Assembly (NCBI RefSeq): GCF_024521635.1
Contig: NW_026250408.1
Span: 1,302,001-1,366,000, forward strand
Direction: 5' to 3'
Length of the DNA: 64,000 bases
Source: Tricharina praecox
Lineage: Eukaryota
Shown here: piece after piece, positions 23,701 to 35,600 of the stretch
Layout: every line of letters begins with the position of its first letter
Numbering within the stretch: position 1 is the first letter of the stretch
The notes under the pieces: model-generated
Databases searched by the model: none
The model's input: only the letters and a program-made list of their open reading frames with translations
Told to the model about the DNA's origin: nothing
Made by a program: the position numbers and the translations under genes

Positions 23701-24540
23701 TTTCTCTGACAGGGCATAGATAGGACCCCATGGAGGAGTCTCTCCTTCCTTGAGATCGATTGCGTGGTCGTAGGACTTGTGGTCGGGAAGCTTATCGGCT
23801 GCTTCCTTGCTCATGATGTTGGCATATCGTCTGAACTTCTCCGGAAGCAGATTCATGGGTGGATCTGATTCCGGGCCAGCTGAGACGTATCCAATAATGC
23901 GAGCCTCCGAATCGTGAATGACAGACGTGTCAAGTTCCATCAGAAAGCTGGTTGCTTGTTGCAAGGTGCATTGTTCCTTGCATCGGGTGCTGGTGAAGCG
24001 AATTTTCTGTGCTTCATTGTTCCACAACCCTGTCGGTTCATGCTTAGCCATCCACCAATACGGGAGGTAGGCAACGCAGTCGTCCAAGGGAGCCACTTCG
24101 AAGGTTTCGTTGGTGTAGTGCCTCCGGTGTTGAAGGAGCATCGGCATTGTATAATATTCCCCGGCTCCTTCCACTATGGTTCCGTGGAAGTCCTTGATTT
24201 CCACCGGCTTAGGTCGTTGAATGAGAGGCAACCCAAGTTCTCGTGCAAGGCTTCGTTTGATGATCGGAATGGCACATCCTGTGTCAAGGAGTACTCGGAT
24301 CCGTCGTCGCTTGTGCTCAGACCAGAGGAGCATCATTTCTATGATTGGTCGTGGTCCGCTGACAGGTTTTGGGGGCTCACACCCTGAGGCGCTCGGCGCG
24401 GTTGGACTCGTAGAAATAGGTCGGTCCGTCCGTCTTCGCTTATCTCTGGATTCGCTGTCGATATCCTGAGGCCGTGGTCTCTTCGTTCCGCAAACATATA
24501 CACTTGGCCGTCCAGTCTGCGGAGTGCTGGGGCCGCTCAA
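20731..24540 (-). CDS. pol: Pol polyprotein (aspartic protease, RT, RNase H, integrase, chromodomain); likely expressed by -1 frameshift
   Basis: PR LLDTGC; RT LCVDYRGIN and YIDD; RH VESDAS; integrase H-H-C-C and D-D-E (MDFI, VSDRD, QTER); GPF; chromodomain EYDVDEV...YLVKW. Confidence 0.95.
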   Translation of the reverse strand: MSGPSTPQTGRPSVYVCGTKRPRPQDIDSESRDKRRRTDRPISTSPTAPSASGCEPPKPVSGPRPIIEMMLLWSEHKRRRIRVLLDTGCAIPIIKRSLARELGLPLIQRPKPVEIKDFHGTIVEGAGEYYTMPMLLQHRRHYTNETFEVAPLDDCVAYLPYWWMAKHEPTGLWNNEAQKIRFTSTRCKEQCTLQQATSFLMELDTSVIHDSEARIIGYVSAGPESDPPMNLLPEKFRRYANIMSKEAADKLPDHKSYDHAIDLKEGETPPWGPIYALSEKELEALREWLKEMLQTGKIRRSKSPAGAPILFVPKAHGRGLRLCVDYRGINKITIANRYPLPIMAELQDRVRGAKVFTKIDLKNGYHLIRIKEGDEWKTAFRCRYGLFEFLVMPFGLTNAPATFQDMINHIFRDMLDLGLVAYIDDLLIYAKTHEEHDKIVIEVLKRLEENKLAISPEKCVWSTGRVEFLGYVISQDGIDMAKDKVESVLSWEAPRSLKEVQAFLGFANFYRRFIKDFSKITRPLTESTKEKGKDWRWTAEMELAFEELKSRFTTAPILGHFNPELPVMVESDASDFALGAVLSQRTEDGKLHPVAFHSRKFTPAEINFEIHDKELLAIVDSFKRWRQYLEGAKHQIQVYSDHQNLEYFTTTKVLNRRQARWAQELAGIDFKIYYRPGSQNGKPDALSRRPEYRPEKGGGEDQPITTILHKSHFAGDDSRVSSISTGGESTVFLVSSTRLHSIPVPKWNEEFLGWVRKAGKEDAGYQEALSSIKDTNEDAAQKDTESEGRKAWELAAESRDSGRMGRKARILRMEEGCLYRKERLWVPDDKELVRHILESEHDTKVAGHMGQDKTIELIRRNFWWPKMDEQIIDFVRSCAQCQKDKATRHQPYGLLNPLELPYTPWQSIAMDFITDLPESNGCDQLWVVVDRFTKMAHFIPLPKDGKIAVDLAKIFAREIWRFHGLPADIVSDRDSRFTPGTWKEFIRLLGIKPRMSTAFHPQTDGQTERLNQTIEAYLRSFVNYEQNDWVNLLPMAEFAYNNSVTSATGMSPFYANFGYHPSATNPAAANSLNPASKVYAHWMHTVHEENIKTLERTRERMRKYADQHRQEAPAYQVGDLVMLNGRNIQTRRPSRKLDHKNHGPFQIEKIVSPLAVKLTLPRKWKIHNVFHVSLVEPFRAGTRAPPDPSQILREADDVEGNEEYDVDEVMGSSKKGRRVLYLVKWLNYPERRDWTNEPFDNFSVGGREKLREFHRKNPDAPRDYRLTDE

Positions 24541-26540
24541 AAATCCTCCGGCTCACTCTCATTCCTTTCCCAGAATGGAGGGGCCTCCGTCATTGCTTCA
24601 TCCTCCACCACAACCGCCGCAGCCTTGTGTTGCTTGGACCTCGGTCGAGTGGGTTCGGCATCCTGGGTGTCCCGCTTTCTCTTTGTCACGGATGACACCT
24701 TTGGACTTTCGGGGAGTTCGGTACCCGCGACTGTTTTTCTGGCGTAGCATTGGAAGGTTCGGTGGCCGTCTCGACCGCAACGCCAACAGTCGCACTTGGA
24801 TGCTTTGTGGGCATCGATCTCCTTCTGGGGAACCCCTACCAGAGCCTCCTTTGCTCCTGCGTAGATGTCCCCTTCCCTTGTCCTTCCCTTCCTGACTCCT
24901 GTTGCTTCCTTGGCCTTTCGGCCCTCCGGGGACTCCCCGCTTTCCTTGCGGCCCCCGGGGTCTCTTCCCTTTCCTTGGCCCTGCCGGCCGTTGCCAGGTC
25001 CCTTCCGGTCGCCGCCGGAACCCTGGCTACCCGATCCCCCTTTCCTCATTGCCCTTGCCTTTTTCAGCGCGTCCCGTCGTTCCACATGGTTGCCAGCCCT
25101 GAGCACCGTTTCCAGGAAGTCTTCATCGTCTTCGTAGGGTTCGGTGTGCTGGTTGAAGCACATATCAACGATGTCGGTAGTCATGGCCTGGTTGACTATG
25201 TCTTGTAGCGGTTCGCCGGTGGCGCGAGCGATCATGTTGAGCGATCGGAAGGAGGTCATGTAAGCCTGAATGTCTCCTTTGTATTCGAGGGCCCACATCC
25301 TTCTTAATGCGTTCGCTCCTTCCTGCGTGTCGCGGTACGCCTCCTTGAGTGCCTCTTGGTACGCCTGCCAGGTATCTTCCAAGTGTAGCTGCCTCAGGCT
25401 TTTTCGACGGGCCTGATGCCATTCTGCCGCTGTCCCTTCCAGTCGGGATCCCACCCACGCTATCTTCTGCTGCTCGTTTGTCTCTGGGTGGAACTCAAGA
25501 TATTCTTCAACTGAGTCCCACCATGGACGGAAGGCTGTTCTTTGCTTGCCATCGAACGGCTTGGGCTCTTTCATTTTAAGCTTGATGGCCCTCGGGTTCG
25601 ATGCGGAGACGGCAGCAGCGATGATCCGAGCGAAGCGACTCTCTTCGTCTTCGTCGTCTTCTCTTGGTAGCGGAGCGTGTCGGTGACGGGGCGGCGAACG
25701 ACGCGGCAAGGGGATGGAACCGTCATCATCCGATGGTTCCTCATCCGAGGGATCACCTCCAAGGTTAGTCACCGGACGTCTTGGGGGTGGAGGAGGAGGG
25801 GACATTCCTGCACCTGCCGGAGTTTCCCTTGTTGCTGATCTTTCTGCCCGCGATCCTCCTCTTGGGGTAGTGTTTACCCACTCCGGGGCCTTTTCCTTCG
25901 CCTTCCCTGTCCTTACCTCTACAGCCTTCAATTTTTTCTCTGCTCGAGCGATTTTTTCCTTGATTCGCTGTTGCTCCTTGTAGAGGTATTCTGCCTTCTC
26001 TTCCTGTTTCCCTGCCCAAATTTCCACGTTGCGGTTGTACACTGCTTGCTCCCTGCGTGGTTCGACTTGCGCCGTTTCGAGGAACACGATGGCGTCTTGT
26101 AGCCGAGCGTTTGCGACGCTTTGCAACTCGCGGTTGTCTTCGTCTTTCTGGTTACGTTCTCGAATGACTGCCCATACGTCGCTGCTCAGGGCGTGCGTCG
26201 CGTTCGCTACCGTTGACAGCTCGGTTCGAAGCCATTCTGTATTCATTTCGGCATTGTGAGCGTAGAGGTTGTACACATACTTGACCCCATCGCAGAGTTG
26301 TTCGTAGTTCCTTCTGATTTCCTGCATTCGGGAGTCCTCTTCGTTGAACTTCTGATCGCATGCTTGGTAAAGCTGGCGCAGGTCTCTTTGTGCCGTTTGG
26401 TATTGGTGGTTCATCAGCCTGAGCCAGGCTGCCGGGTTTCGTACTTTGACGGTTTCGGATGCCTGCGGGATGCTAACGAGCGCATTGCTCAGGGTCTGAG
26501 GAAGTTCGAGGCGGAGCATGTCGAGGTTTGAGGAGGACAT
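24537..26540 (-). CDS. gag: Gag polyprotein, 667 aa
   Basis: Capsid-like EPKPFDG...LEGTAAEW and a CCHC knuckle CWRCGRDGHRTFQC. Lies between the PBS and pol. Confidence 0.92.
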   Translation of the reverse strand: MSSSNLDMLRLELPQTLSNALVSIPQASETVKVRNPAAWLRLMNHQYQTAQRDLRQLYQACDQKFNEEDSRMQEIRRNYEQLCDGVKYVYNLYAHNAEMNTEWLRTELSTVANATHALSSDVWAVIRERNQKDEDNRELQSVANARLQDAIVFLETAQVEPRREQAVYNRNVEIWAGKQEEKAEYLYKEQQRIKEKIARAEKKLKAVEVRTGKAKEKAPEWVNTTPRGGSRAERSATRETPAGAGMSPPPPPPRRPVTNLGGDPSDEEPSDDDGSIPLPRRSPPRHRHAPLPREDDEDEESRFARIIAAAVSASNPRAIKLKMKEPKPFDGKQRTAFRPWWDSVEEYLEFHPETNEQQKIAWVGSRLEGTAAEWHQARRKSLRQLHLEDTWQAYQEALKEAYRDTQEGANALRRMWALEYKGDIQAYMTSFRSLNMIARATGEPLQDIVNQAMTTDIVDMCFNQHTEPYEDDEDFLETVLRAGNHVERRDALKKARAMRKGGSGSQGSGGDRKGPGNGRQGQGKGRDPGGRKESGESPEGRKAKEATGVRKGRTREGDIYAGAKEALVGVPQKEIDAHKASKCDCWRCGRDGHRTFQCYARKTVAGTELPESPKVSSVTKRKRDTQDAEPTRPRSKQHKAAAVVVEDEAMTEAPPFWERNESEPEDF

Positions 26541-28077
26541 ATCGATAGAAATCGGTGACTGTAACCTTAAGATTATAGTGTGAGACTGGGACGGGTTTGT
26601 GTCGTCGGAGTCTATAGTAAAATCGAGGATAGAATAAAAGTCAGGGATTTCGATAATTCACAACGGAATAATCTTAAGGGTGTTTGTTCGATGGTTTGTT
26701 CGGTGCGATCATTGTAGTTTGTTCGGTTGCCCGCTCGGTTTGACTTATAGTCGTCCCGATCCTCAGCACGTGATTCCTCTAGAGTGCGGCGTAACGTAGC
26801 TCCGTTGCTTCCTTTGCATCGGAGTTCCGCGGCCTAGCCTTGAGTCGTCGTCAGCTCTCTTCGGATAGTCGTCTCGACTAGGCAGGTGGTAAACACCACG
26901 CGCCCAAGATAGATCGGAGTTTCCGAGCAATTATCTCCCTCATGCGCCGGCAGAGTTCTTCGCTTGAAGTTGTCTGCCCCCATCGGTCGATGTTCGATTC
27001 TCTCGTCATAACAGTTTTTCCCTGGATCGGAGTTCCTACTGCGGGGCCCTATGATCGGAGATCTCAAAGTCCTCTGGACTGTTATCGCGATCTCCCGCAT
27101 CTCCGATCACTGTCTAGACTCTGGAATCCGTTTGCTCCCTCCTTCCTATCTTGTCCTTGATCGCTTCTAACTATCCTTCCGGCTCGCAACTCTATTCTAA
27201 TCACCCGAACTATCTAATCACATCTCTTGCGACCGTCGTGACCTCCGATACCTATCGGGGTGTCACACTCGGGCAGGTAGTAGGATGAAGGGGATGGAGG
27301 ACCTCATCCACAGTTATCAAGTTAGGATAAAGGCGAGGACTTGGGTGCTTCGGGCCGAAGCCTCGTGAGGGGGGAGATGGTGTGACACCCCAATAGGTAT
27401 CGGAGGTCACGACGGTCGCAAGAGATGTGATTAGATAGTTCAGGTGGTTAGAATAGAGTTGCGAGCCGGAGGGATAGTTAGAAGCGATCAAGGACAAGAT
27501 AGGAAGGAGGGAGCAAACGGATTCCAGAGTCTAGACAGTGATCGGAGATGCGGGTGATCGGGATAACAGTCCAGAGGACTCTGAAATCTCCGTTCATAGG
27601 GCCCCGCAGTAGGAACTCCGATCCAGGGAAAAACTGTTATGACGAGAGAATCGAACATCGACCGATGGGGGCAGACAACTTCGAGCGAAGAACTCTGCCG
27701 GCGCATGAGGGAGATAATTGCTCGGAAACTCCAATCTATCTTGGGCGCGTGGTGTTTACCACCTGCCTAGTCGAGAAGACTATCCGAAGAGAGCTGACGA
27801 CGACTCAAGGCTAGGCCGCGGAACTCCAATGCAAAGGAAGCAACGGAGCTACGTTAGGCCGCACTCTAGAGGAATCACGTGCTGAGGATTGGAACGGATA
27901 TAAGTTTAACCGAGCGGGCAACCGAACCAAAAACTACAATCATCGCACCGAACAAACCATCGAAGAAACACCCTCAAGATTATTCCGTTGTGAATTATCG
28001 ACATTCCTGACGTTTATTCTACACTCGATATCACCATAGACTCCGACGACACAAACTCGTTCCAGTCTCACACAGTG

Positions 28078-28238
28078 ATTGATTCAACAAGTTGTTGCGT
28101 GAAGAACTAAATACCAAGGGGCAATGCCAGTTTATATGGAAAATCCTCCGCTTCTTCCTGCAACCTGACAATGACCATGGGCGTGTGCCAGATCCTCAGA
28201 AATCCACCTTGCCAGTACTCCGCTTCTGTGACTCACAC
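28078..28238 (-). repeat. Family-A LTR, continuation after B2, truncated by the A4 LTR
   Basis: ATTGATTCAACAAGTTGTTGCG... continues 11866-12058. Confidence 0.85.
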
Positions 28239-29626
28239 TGTAACCGCACGGTGGCGCAAGGCTCCAGGTAGCGAAGTCGGGCTGGGAATTGGGTTCTGGG
28301 TTAGGCAGAGGCAAGACGGGTTCAGGGGACAAGGTGAGGCAGTGCTCAGTGCAGACGGCAACTGAGAACAGAGGCAGGGACAAGGACTACGGCGCAGACG
28401 GCAGCCGAGGCAAGGACAGAGGTAACAGTCGTTGAATTAACAAGTTGTTGCGCGAAGAACCAAATACGGAGGGGCAACGGCCCGTTTATATAGGAAATCC
28501 TCCACTTCTTCCTGCAACCTGGCAATGACCGTGGGCGTGTGCCAGACCCTGAGAAATCCACCTTGCCAGTACCCCACTTCCGTGACTCATACCCTGCTCA
28601 GCCGCACTACCCCTGCTTCCTGCACACAACCTCAATGCCCTGCGACTCATTACTGTGCTATCCCTGCTCCCTGCACACAGCCCCCAATCCTCTGTGACTT
28701 ATCGTTGCATTGCTGGTGCAATGCCTGTGCACTGCCTCCCAACTCTCCCGAACCTTGCGTCGACCAACCATTCGTCATTCCGGTGCAAGCTGTGACAGTA
28801 GTCCCTCCTAAGGCTCGAGTTCCCTCGAGAGCAAGTTCGTCTGGTCCAGGCTGCATGGGGTATTGTCGATGGAAGTCATCCACAGCTTGTACCTCGGTAA
28901 GCTTCTTCTCTGGTTCCCATGTTGGTGCCGCGTAGCCTCTGCATTTCACCAGGTACTGGTGTTTGCCGCTGAGGTTCCGGCTGTCGAAAACCTCTTCATC
29001 CTTCCATTCTTCCTGGTCATTCACGATTACCTGAAGTGTGCGCCAGTTCAGACCATCCACCCATACCATCTAGCCTGGTTGGAAGGCTTGCGCAGGGGTT
29101 CAGTTTCGGTCGGAGCCGTCCTGTTGCCGTGCCTGGGCATACCGCATATGAATGCGGGCGACGTCGTTGATTTGATGTAACCATTCCGCTGCCCTCTCTG
29201 CTTGATGTTCCTCCTTGGTGTCAACACAAATATTCAGCTCAAAGTCACACTCTGGGTGGTGTCCTAGGTTGGCGAAGAATGGGGACAGGGTAGCCGTGTC
29301 GGCGACCTGGTTATTGCCAGCGAATTCAGCCAAGAACAGGTAGTCGACCCAGTCATCCTGGAGGTAGCTGACGCACTCGTGGAGGTGCTGTTGCATGACG
29401 GCGTTCATCCGTTCGGTTGGGGCGTCAGTCTGCGGGCGGCAGCCAGTCGACAGGCGTGGCTCGATCTTCAGGTATGAGCATACGTGCTTCCAGAATCTCG
29501 AGGCAAACTGGGGACCCCTATCTGAGACGATGGTTTCAGGCCACCCGTGGTACCTGAAGATCCGGCCGCAGAACCGCTTGGCCAGTCCTTCCGAGGTAAT
29601 GGTCGTGGTACATGGTAGGAGATGGC

Positions 29627-32600
29627 TGTAACTGAACGGTCGGGCAAGGCTCCAGGTAGCGAAGTCGGGCTCGGAATCGGGTTCTAGGTTCGGCAGAGAC
29701 AAGACAGGTTCAGAGGACAAGGTGAGGCAGGGCTCAGTGCGGGCGGCAACTGAGAACAGAGACAGGGACAAGGACTACGGCGCAGACGGCATCCGAGGCA
29801 AGGACAGAGGTAACAGTGATTGAATTAACAAGTTGTTGCGTGAAGAACTAATTACAGAGGGTCGCCGGCCCGTTTATATAAGAAATCCTCCACTTCTTCC
29901 CGCAACCTGACAATGACCGTGGGTGTGTGCCAGACCCTGAGAAATCCTCCTTGCCAGTATCCCGCTTCCGTGACTCATACCCTGCGCGGCCGCACTACCC
30001 TTGCCTCCTGCACACAGCCTCAATTCCTCCGGCTCATTCCTGCATTACCGCCCAGGCAGCCCCTTGCACTGCCCCCGCGCTGCCTTCCGGACCCTGTTCC
30101 GACTCTTCCTCGAATATTCCGTCGCGAGCCGTGACAGTAGCCCCTCCCAAGGCTCGAGTTCCCACGAGAGTAAGTTGGACTGGTCCAGGCGTCATTGGGT
30201 ACCGTTGGTGGAAGACGTCCACTGCCTGTATGTCCACAAGGTTCTCCTCAGGTTCCCACGTTGGTGCCGCAAAACCCCTCCACTTGACTAGGTACTAGAG
30301 TCTTCCCCTCAGCGTTGTGCTGTCCAGCACTTCCTCCACCTCCCATTCTTCTTGGCCGTTCACGATTACCGGTAACGGTGGCGGCAGGATCTGGCCCGGG
30401 AGGGGGCCGTGGGCGGATGCGTGGAGGAGGGATACTGAGAAGGTGCGCTGCTTCTGGATGGTGTTCAGGATGTCCAGTCCGTATGCGTGGGTTCCAATGG
30501 CTCGGGTAATCCGATAGGGTCCGTGGTGCCTGTTTTCCAGTTTTTGGCTTGGTCGCTCCGTCCGCCAGTTTAGGCCGTCCACCAATACCATATCTCCAGG
30601 CTGGAAGGCAGGTGCGGGGGTCCGGTGCTGGTCCGTGCTGTCCTGCTGCCGTGCGTAGGCATAGCGCATCTCACTGCGGGCCACGTCATGAATCTGCTGG
30701 AGTCGCTCTGCCGCTGTCTGTGCTTGTTGCTTTTCGTTCGTGTCGGTTCGGATGCCAAGTTCGAAGTCGCAACGGGGGTGGTAGCCTATGTTAGCAAAAA
30801 ACGGGGACAGGGTGGTGGTGTCGGATGCCTGGTTGTTGCCTGCAAACTCTGCCAAGAATAGGTAGTCGACCCAGTCATCCTGCAGGTAGCTCACGTATGC
30901 TCGGAGGTGTTGTTCCATTACTGCATTCATTCTCTCTGTTTGACCGTCCGTCTGCGGGTGGAACGCCGTGGAGAGCCGTGCGTCGATCTTGAGGCAAGAG
31001 CATAGATGTTTCCAAAATCGTGAGGCAAACTGGGGGCCCCGGTCCGATACGATGGTGTCGGGTAGTCCGTGGTATCTGAAGATCCGATCGCAGAATAGTT
31101 CGGCGAGTCCCTTGGAGGTGTCGTTGCTTGGTGAGGCGGTCCACAAATACGCAAATGGCATCGAATCCTTTTGAGGGAGGGAGTCCGGTTACGAAGTCGA
31201 CGGATATATGTTGCCAGGGTTTCTCGGGTACTGGGAGTGGGCGGAGCACACCGTAGGGGGCGTGTCTTCTTGCTTTGGTTCGTCTGCAAGTGTGGCAGTT
31301 CCTCACGAATCGGTCAACGTCCTTCCGCATCTGGGGCCAGTAGTAGTTGCGGGCCAGGAGTTCCAAGGTTTTTGCTCTTCCGGGATGGCCCATAGCCGGC
31401 AGGTCGTGGTGGTCCTGGATCAGGCAAACTCTGAGTGGGTCGTGTTCAGGAGCGTAGAGGCAATCGCGGTAATGTGATTGTCCATTGACTTCGCTGCAGT
31501 CGGCGAGCGAGATGTCCTTCGAGTGGCGTGTTCCGTTTCTGAGCAGTTGGAGGATCTTGTTCGGCGCTGGATCTGCCTGATATGCTTTGGTTAACAGGGT
31601 AGAGAGTGCGGGACGGGGTACTTCCAACGGGTTGGTTGCTGACAATCTCAATTCTTCTGGCAGGTTTTGGGGCTTGAGGACTGCTTGTTGGTTTGCCAGC
31701 AGTCTTTCATCCCTCTCCTTAGGCAGGTCTCCTGACCTCCTTGTCAATGCATCTGGTTTCCCTCCTGCTTTACCAGGTCAATAGACGATTTTGAAGTCGA
31801 AACGGGACAGGAATTCCGACCATCGTGCTTGCCGGCGGTTGAGCAACTTGGTTGACATGAAGTATTCCAAGTTCTTGTGATCGCTCAGGACTTGGACCGG
31901 GTGCGCGGCTCCTTCAAGGTGTGGTCTCCATTCCTCAAACGCCCGAACAATTGCCAACAATTCTTTGTCGTAGATTTCGTAATTGCATTCCGCCGGGGAG
32001 TGTTCCTTTGAATACAAGGCAACCGGGTGCAAGATTCGATCGTCGTCGTACTGGGAGAGAATACCGGCCGATACGTAATCCGAGGCATCAGTTTCCACCA
32101 CAGTTACTCTGTCGTAGTCGAAATGTCGGAGTATCGGGGCAGTAGTGAAGGCAGTCTTGAGAGTGTCGAAGGCTTGCTGTTGGTCAATACCCCATTCGAA
32201 GGGGACGTACTTCCCATCTTCCTTTTTTGTCATTGCCGTCAGGGGAGATACCACCTTGGAGTAGTCCTGGATAAAGCGTCGGTAGAAGTTCGCGAAGCCC
32301 AACAAACACTGCACATCCGTGACCGTCGTCGGTTTTTCCCATTCGAGTACGCAAGAGACTTTGGCAGGATCCATCTTAATACCCTCAGTGGTTATGATCA
32401 GGCCCAGGTATTTGACCTCCGGCTGGTGGAAGTGGCATTTCTCTGGTTACAAGTGCAGTCCGGCCGATGAAAGGGCGCGTAGCACCTTGGTGACCTGTTT
32501 TCGGTGTTCTTCCAGTGACTGGCTGTAGATAAAGACGTCATCTAGGAAGGCTGTACAGAAGCCGTCCAGGAACGGTTGTAAAACGTCGTTGATCAGGGCT

Positions 32601-35600
32601 TGCAAGCCGGCTGGTGCGTTGGTTAGCCCGAAACGCATTACCAATGATTCGAAAAGTCCGTAGCGGGTCCGGAAAGCCGTTTTCCATTCCTCCCCTTCTG
32701 CCATTCGTACCAGTTTGTAAGCACCGCGGATATCCAGTGTTGTGAAATACTTTGCACCGGACAGTCGCATCAAGGTTTCCTGGAGCAGAGGAAGTGGGTA
32801 GCGATTCTTGATGGTTCCTCCGTTCAGGCCTCGATAGTCCACACACAGTTGCAAGGAGCCGTCCGGTTTTTTGACAAACAGGATTGGTGATGCCGCTGGT
32901 GATGAGGACGCACGGATGAATCCCTTGCTCAGATTGTCGTCAAGCCATTCCTTGAGTGCGACCAGCTCGGTTTTCGAGAGCAAATAGAGGGGTCCGTAAG
33001 GGGGCACAAATCCTTCCTTTAGTGGGATCTTGTGGTCGTATTGCCGATGGGGTGGTAGGTTCTGCGCCAACCTTTCAGAGAAGAGGTGGAGAAATTCTTG
33101 GTATCCGGAGGGAATGTGGGGGGTTGGGCTCTGGTTTTCTTCAGATAGAACTTCATTGATCTCCGTCAGGGTCGTGGCGAAGATGGTGAGGTTCTCCTTT
33201 TCTGCCATCTGTTGGAAAGGCGTCATTTAGAGGGCTGAGATTCTGACCGTGGGTTTTCTCTGGTTAGCATCCTGCTGGGGTTCATTGATCTGGGGAGACG
33301 TAATGCATCTGGCCACGATGTCGCCGGCCCTCGCGCTTACCGCTAGCTCCTCCTGAGCTACGTTTGGTGCGAGAGCGTAGGATGTTTCTGGTGGGTCCGT
33401 GGTGATACCGTGGGCTACTGTAGTTACTATATTGCAGTGTGCAGTGCAATATTGGGAACCAAAGGTGAGGGTGCGGGAGTTAAACCGGATGGCCACGCCG
33501 TGTAGGTCCATCCAGGGAATTCGTAGTATGATTGGGTAGTGTCCCAGTTTGGTGACGAACATTGGGAGTTCTTCGTGGTGCTCTTGGATTGACAGGGTCG
33601 TGGTGGCAACGTATGTGATGTCGCCTGACTCGATGGGGCGGCCGTCGATGACCTCAAGGCTGCGTGGGGATTCTAGGGGTACTAGGGGTAGATTGTGATG
33701 GCGGGCGAAGTCTTTGTCTACAAAGGCGATTCCGGTTGCCACACAACTGATCAGCGCATGCGTGGCAATGGTTTTGTCACCAAACGAAAGGTTACATAGC
33801 ACAACGAGATGTTTTCCTTCCATTGATGATTCCTCCACTACCATTCCAGACACTGACGAATTGGACAAACGAAAACGAGTAGAAAAGGGAGAAAAAGACT
33901 TATCCTGGGTACGACCAACAACGGTGCCATCAAGTGGTTGTTGGTCTAGGCTTTTCCCGACTGCCCTTGGTTATCGCCACAATTCTGGTTGCAATTGTGG
34001 TACGGGTGGCCGGGGGTCGGGGTTCCAGGTTCCTCAGGCGTCAGCTGTGCAGTTGCGGCATGAAAAGGGGTCCGATTCTTCTTGGGGCAGTGTCGGGCCA
34101 TGTGGCCACTGCCTCCACAGTACAGGCAACGACCCTCGCGGAGACGCGCAGCTCGTTCTTATCAGAGATCTTGCGACTATTCGCGCTGAGGTCTATAGCC
34201 CCTGGGGCTGTTACAGTTGCAGTGGTTGCCGGTGGTGTACTGTTATGGGTTTGATTCCTGGGCGGAGCTGGGGGTTGCGGGGTGTGGTATTGCCGCGGGG
34301 GGTTGCGGCGGCCTTCACTGTGACACTCTGGTCGCAGTCGGCCCGGCTTCAGGGTCCGGCTTCTTACCAACGGAAGTTCGGGAAGAATAGTTAGATAGAT
34401 CGGGGAGCAGGAGGAAACCCTTAGATTAGTCGTAGCTAGTCAGAGACGAGATAGGAAGGAAGGAAGCAAACGGGACCAGAGTCTAGGTGGGATCAGAGGC
34501 GCAGCGATACGCACGAAAAGTCCGATACAGTCATGCTTGACTTGAGGCAGGCGAATCGCGAAACAAGCGCAGAGAAAACTCTGATCGGAGACAAACCACT
34601 ATGACGAGTGTTGCCCCTCTTCTCGCGTCTTAAGCAAATAAGAGCCGTGCTGAAAGGCGCAGCCGTTGCCCAGCGAAGAGATAGCTGAAACCGGACTATA
34701 CTCGGGTAAGGATTGGTGCGCCATACCTGCCTAGTTTGTATAAACTATCGTGTAGGCTTACGACGACTCTGATGACATGGCGGAGAAAGTCTCCGCAACA
34801 AGTGCAGCGATTTCACGCCAGGGTTTCCATCCGGCAACAAGCTACGGCAACGGCTGGTACGTGACTCGACCAAATCACCCGACTATATAGACTTCCGACG
34901 ACACGGCGAAAGATTCATCATCAGAATCAGCAACCAGAAAACCATCGACACTACCCCGTAAGATTATTCCGTTTGTGAAAGAAAGAATACTATCTATTTT
35001 CATCTTTATTTTATTCTATCAATTGACTCCGACAATCGTAATCGTTCCAATCTCACATTCACGGAGTTGGAGGGCCCGTAGCTGTGAATCGAGGTTCTGG
35101 CACAGAGCCATGAACTGATTGTAGGTGAGTCCCTGAGTGCGGCCCACCAGTTGTCAGTGGAGCTCAATGGAAAATCCTTCGCGTAGTGCATCGAGTTTGG
35201 CATGCTCGTCCCAGTTCAGCTTGGACACGAGCCTTTGAAACTCCGCAAAGTAAGACGTAAAGTCCTTGTTCCCTTGCTTGAGGCGGTGGAGTTTGGCGCA
35301 TGCAGTGGCAGCTGGGTCAGGATCGCCGAAGGTGTTTTCGAGGATGGTGACCATGGAATCGGCGGCGGTCAAGCTGATCACGTTGTTGTGGATGTACGGC
35401 AGTATCTGGGCTTGGGCACGGCCTTCCAGACGATTGAAGGTGTAGACCTTTCTGAGTGCTGGGGACGGGAAACTGGTCGGGTCGCTGTACAGTTTGAGTC
35501 GAAGCTGGGCAAGGAACGCTTCGAGCTTCTCTCGAGTGCCATCGAACATGCCTGGCTCCGGGACGCGCTCGGCGTGGCCCTGTGGTTGGCTTTCTAGTGT

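Larger units (their letters stand above)
19901..27267 (-). mobile_element. B1: intact family-B Ty3/Gypsy chromovirus, potentially autonomous
   Basis: 689 bp LTRs at 26579-27267 and 19901-20589, perfect TSD CTCGG, open gag and pol, PBS and PPT. Inserted in the 3' UTR of B2. Confidence 0.97.
12059..28072 (+). mobile_element. B2: defective full-length family-B element carrying three nested insertions
   Basis: LTRs 12059-12749 and 27381-28072 with a perfect TSD CAGTG. Contains gag, pol and a PPT before the 3' LTR. Confidence 0.95.

Noticed and set aside
28234..28238. CACAC flank matching GTGTG (40839-40843) and CACAC (50607-50611) as a possible TSD of A4
   Set aside because: Host sequences are not continuous across these junctions, and the motif is low complexity.
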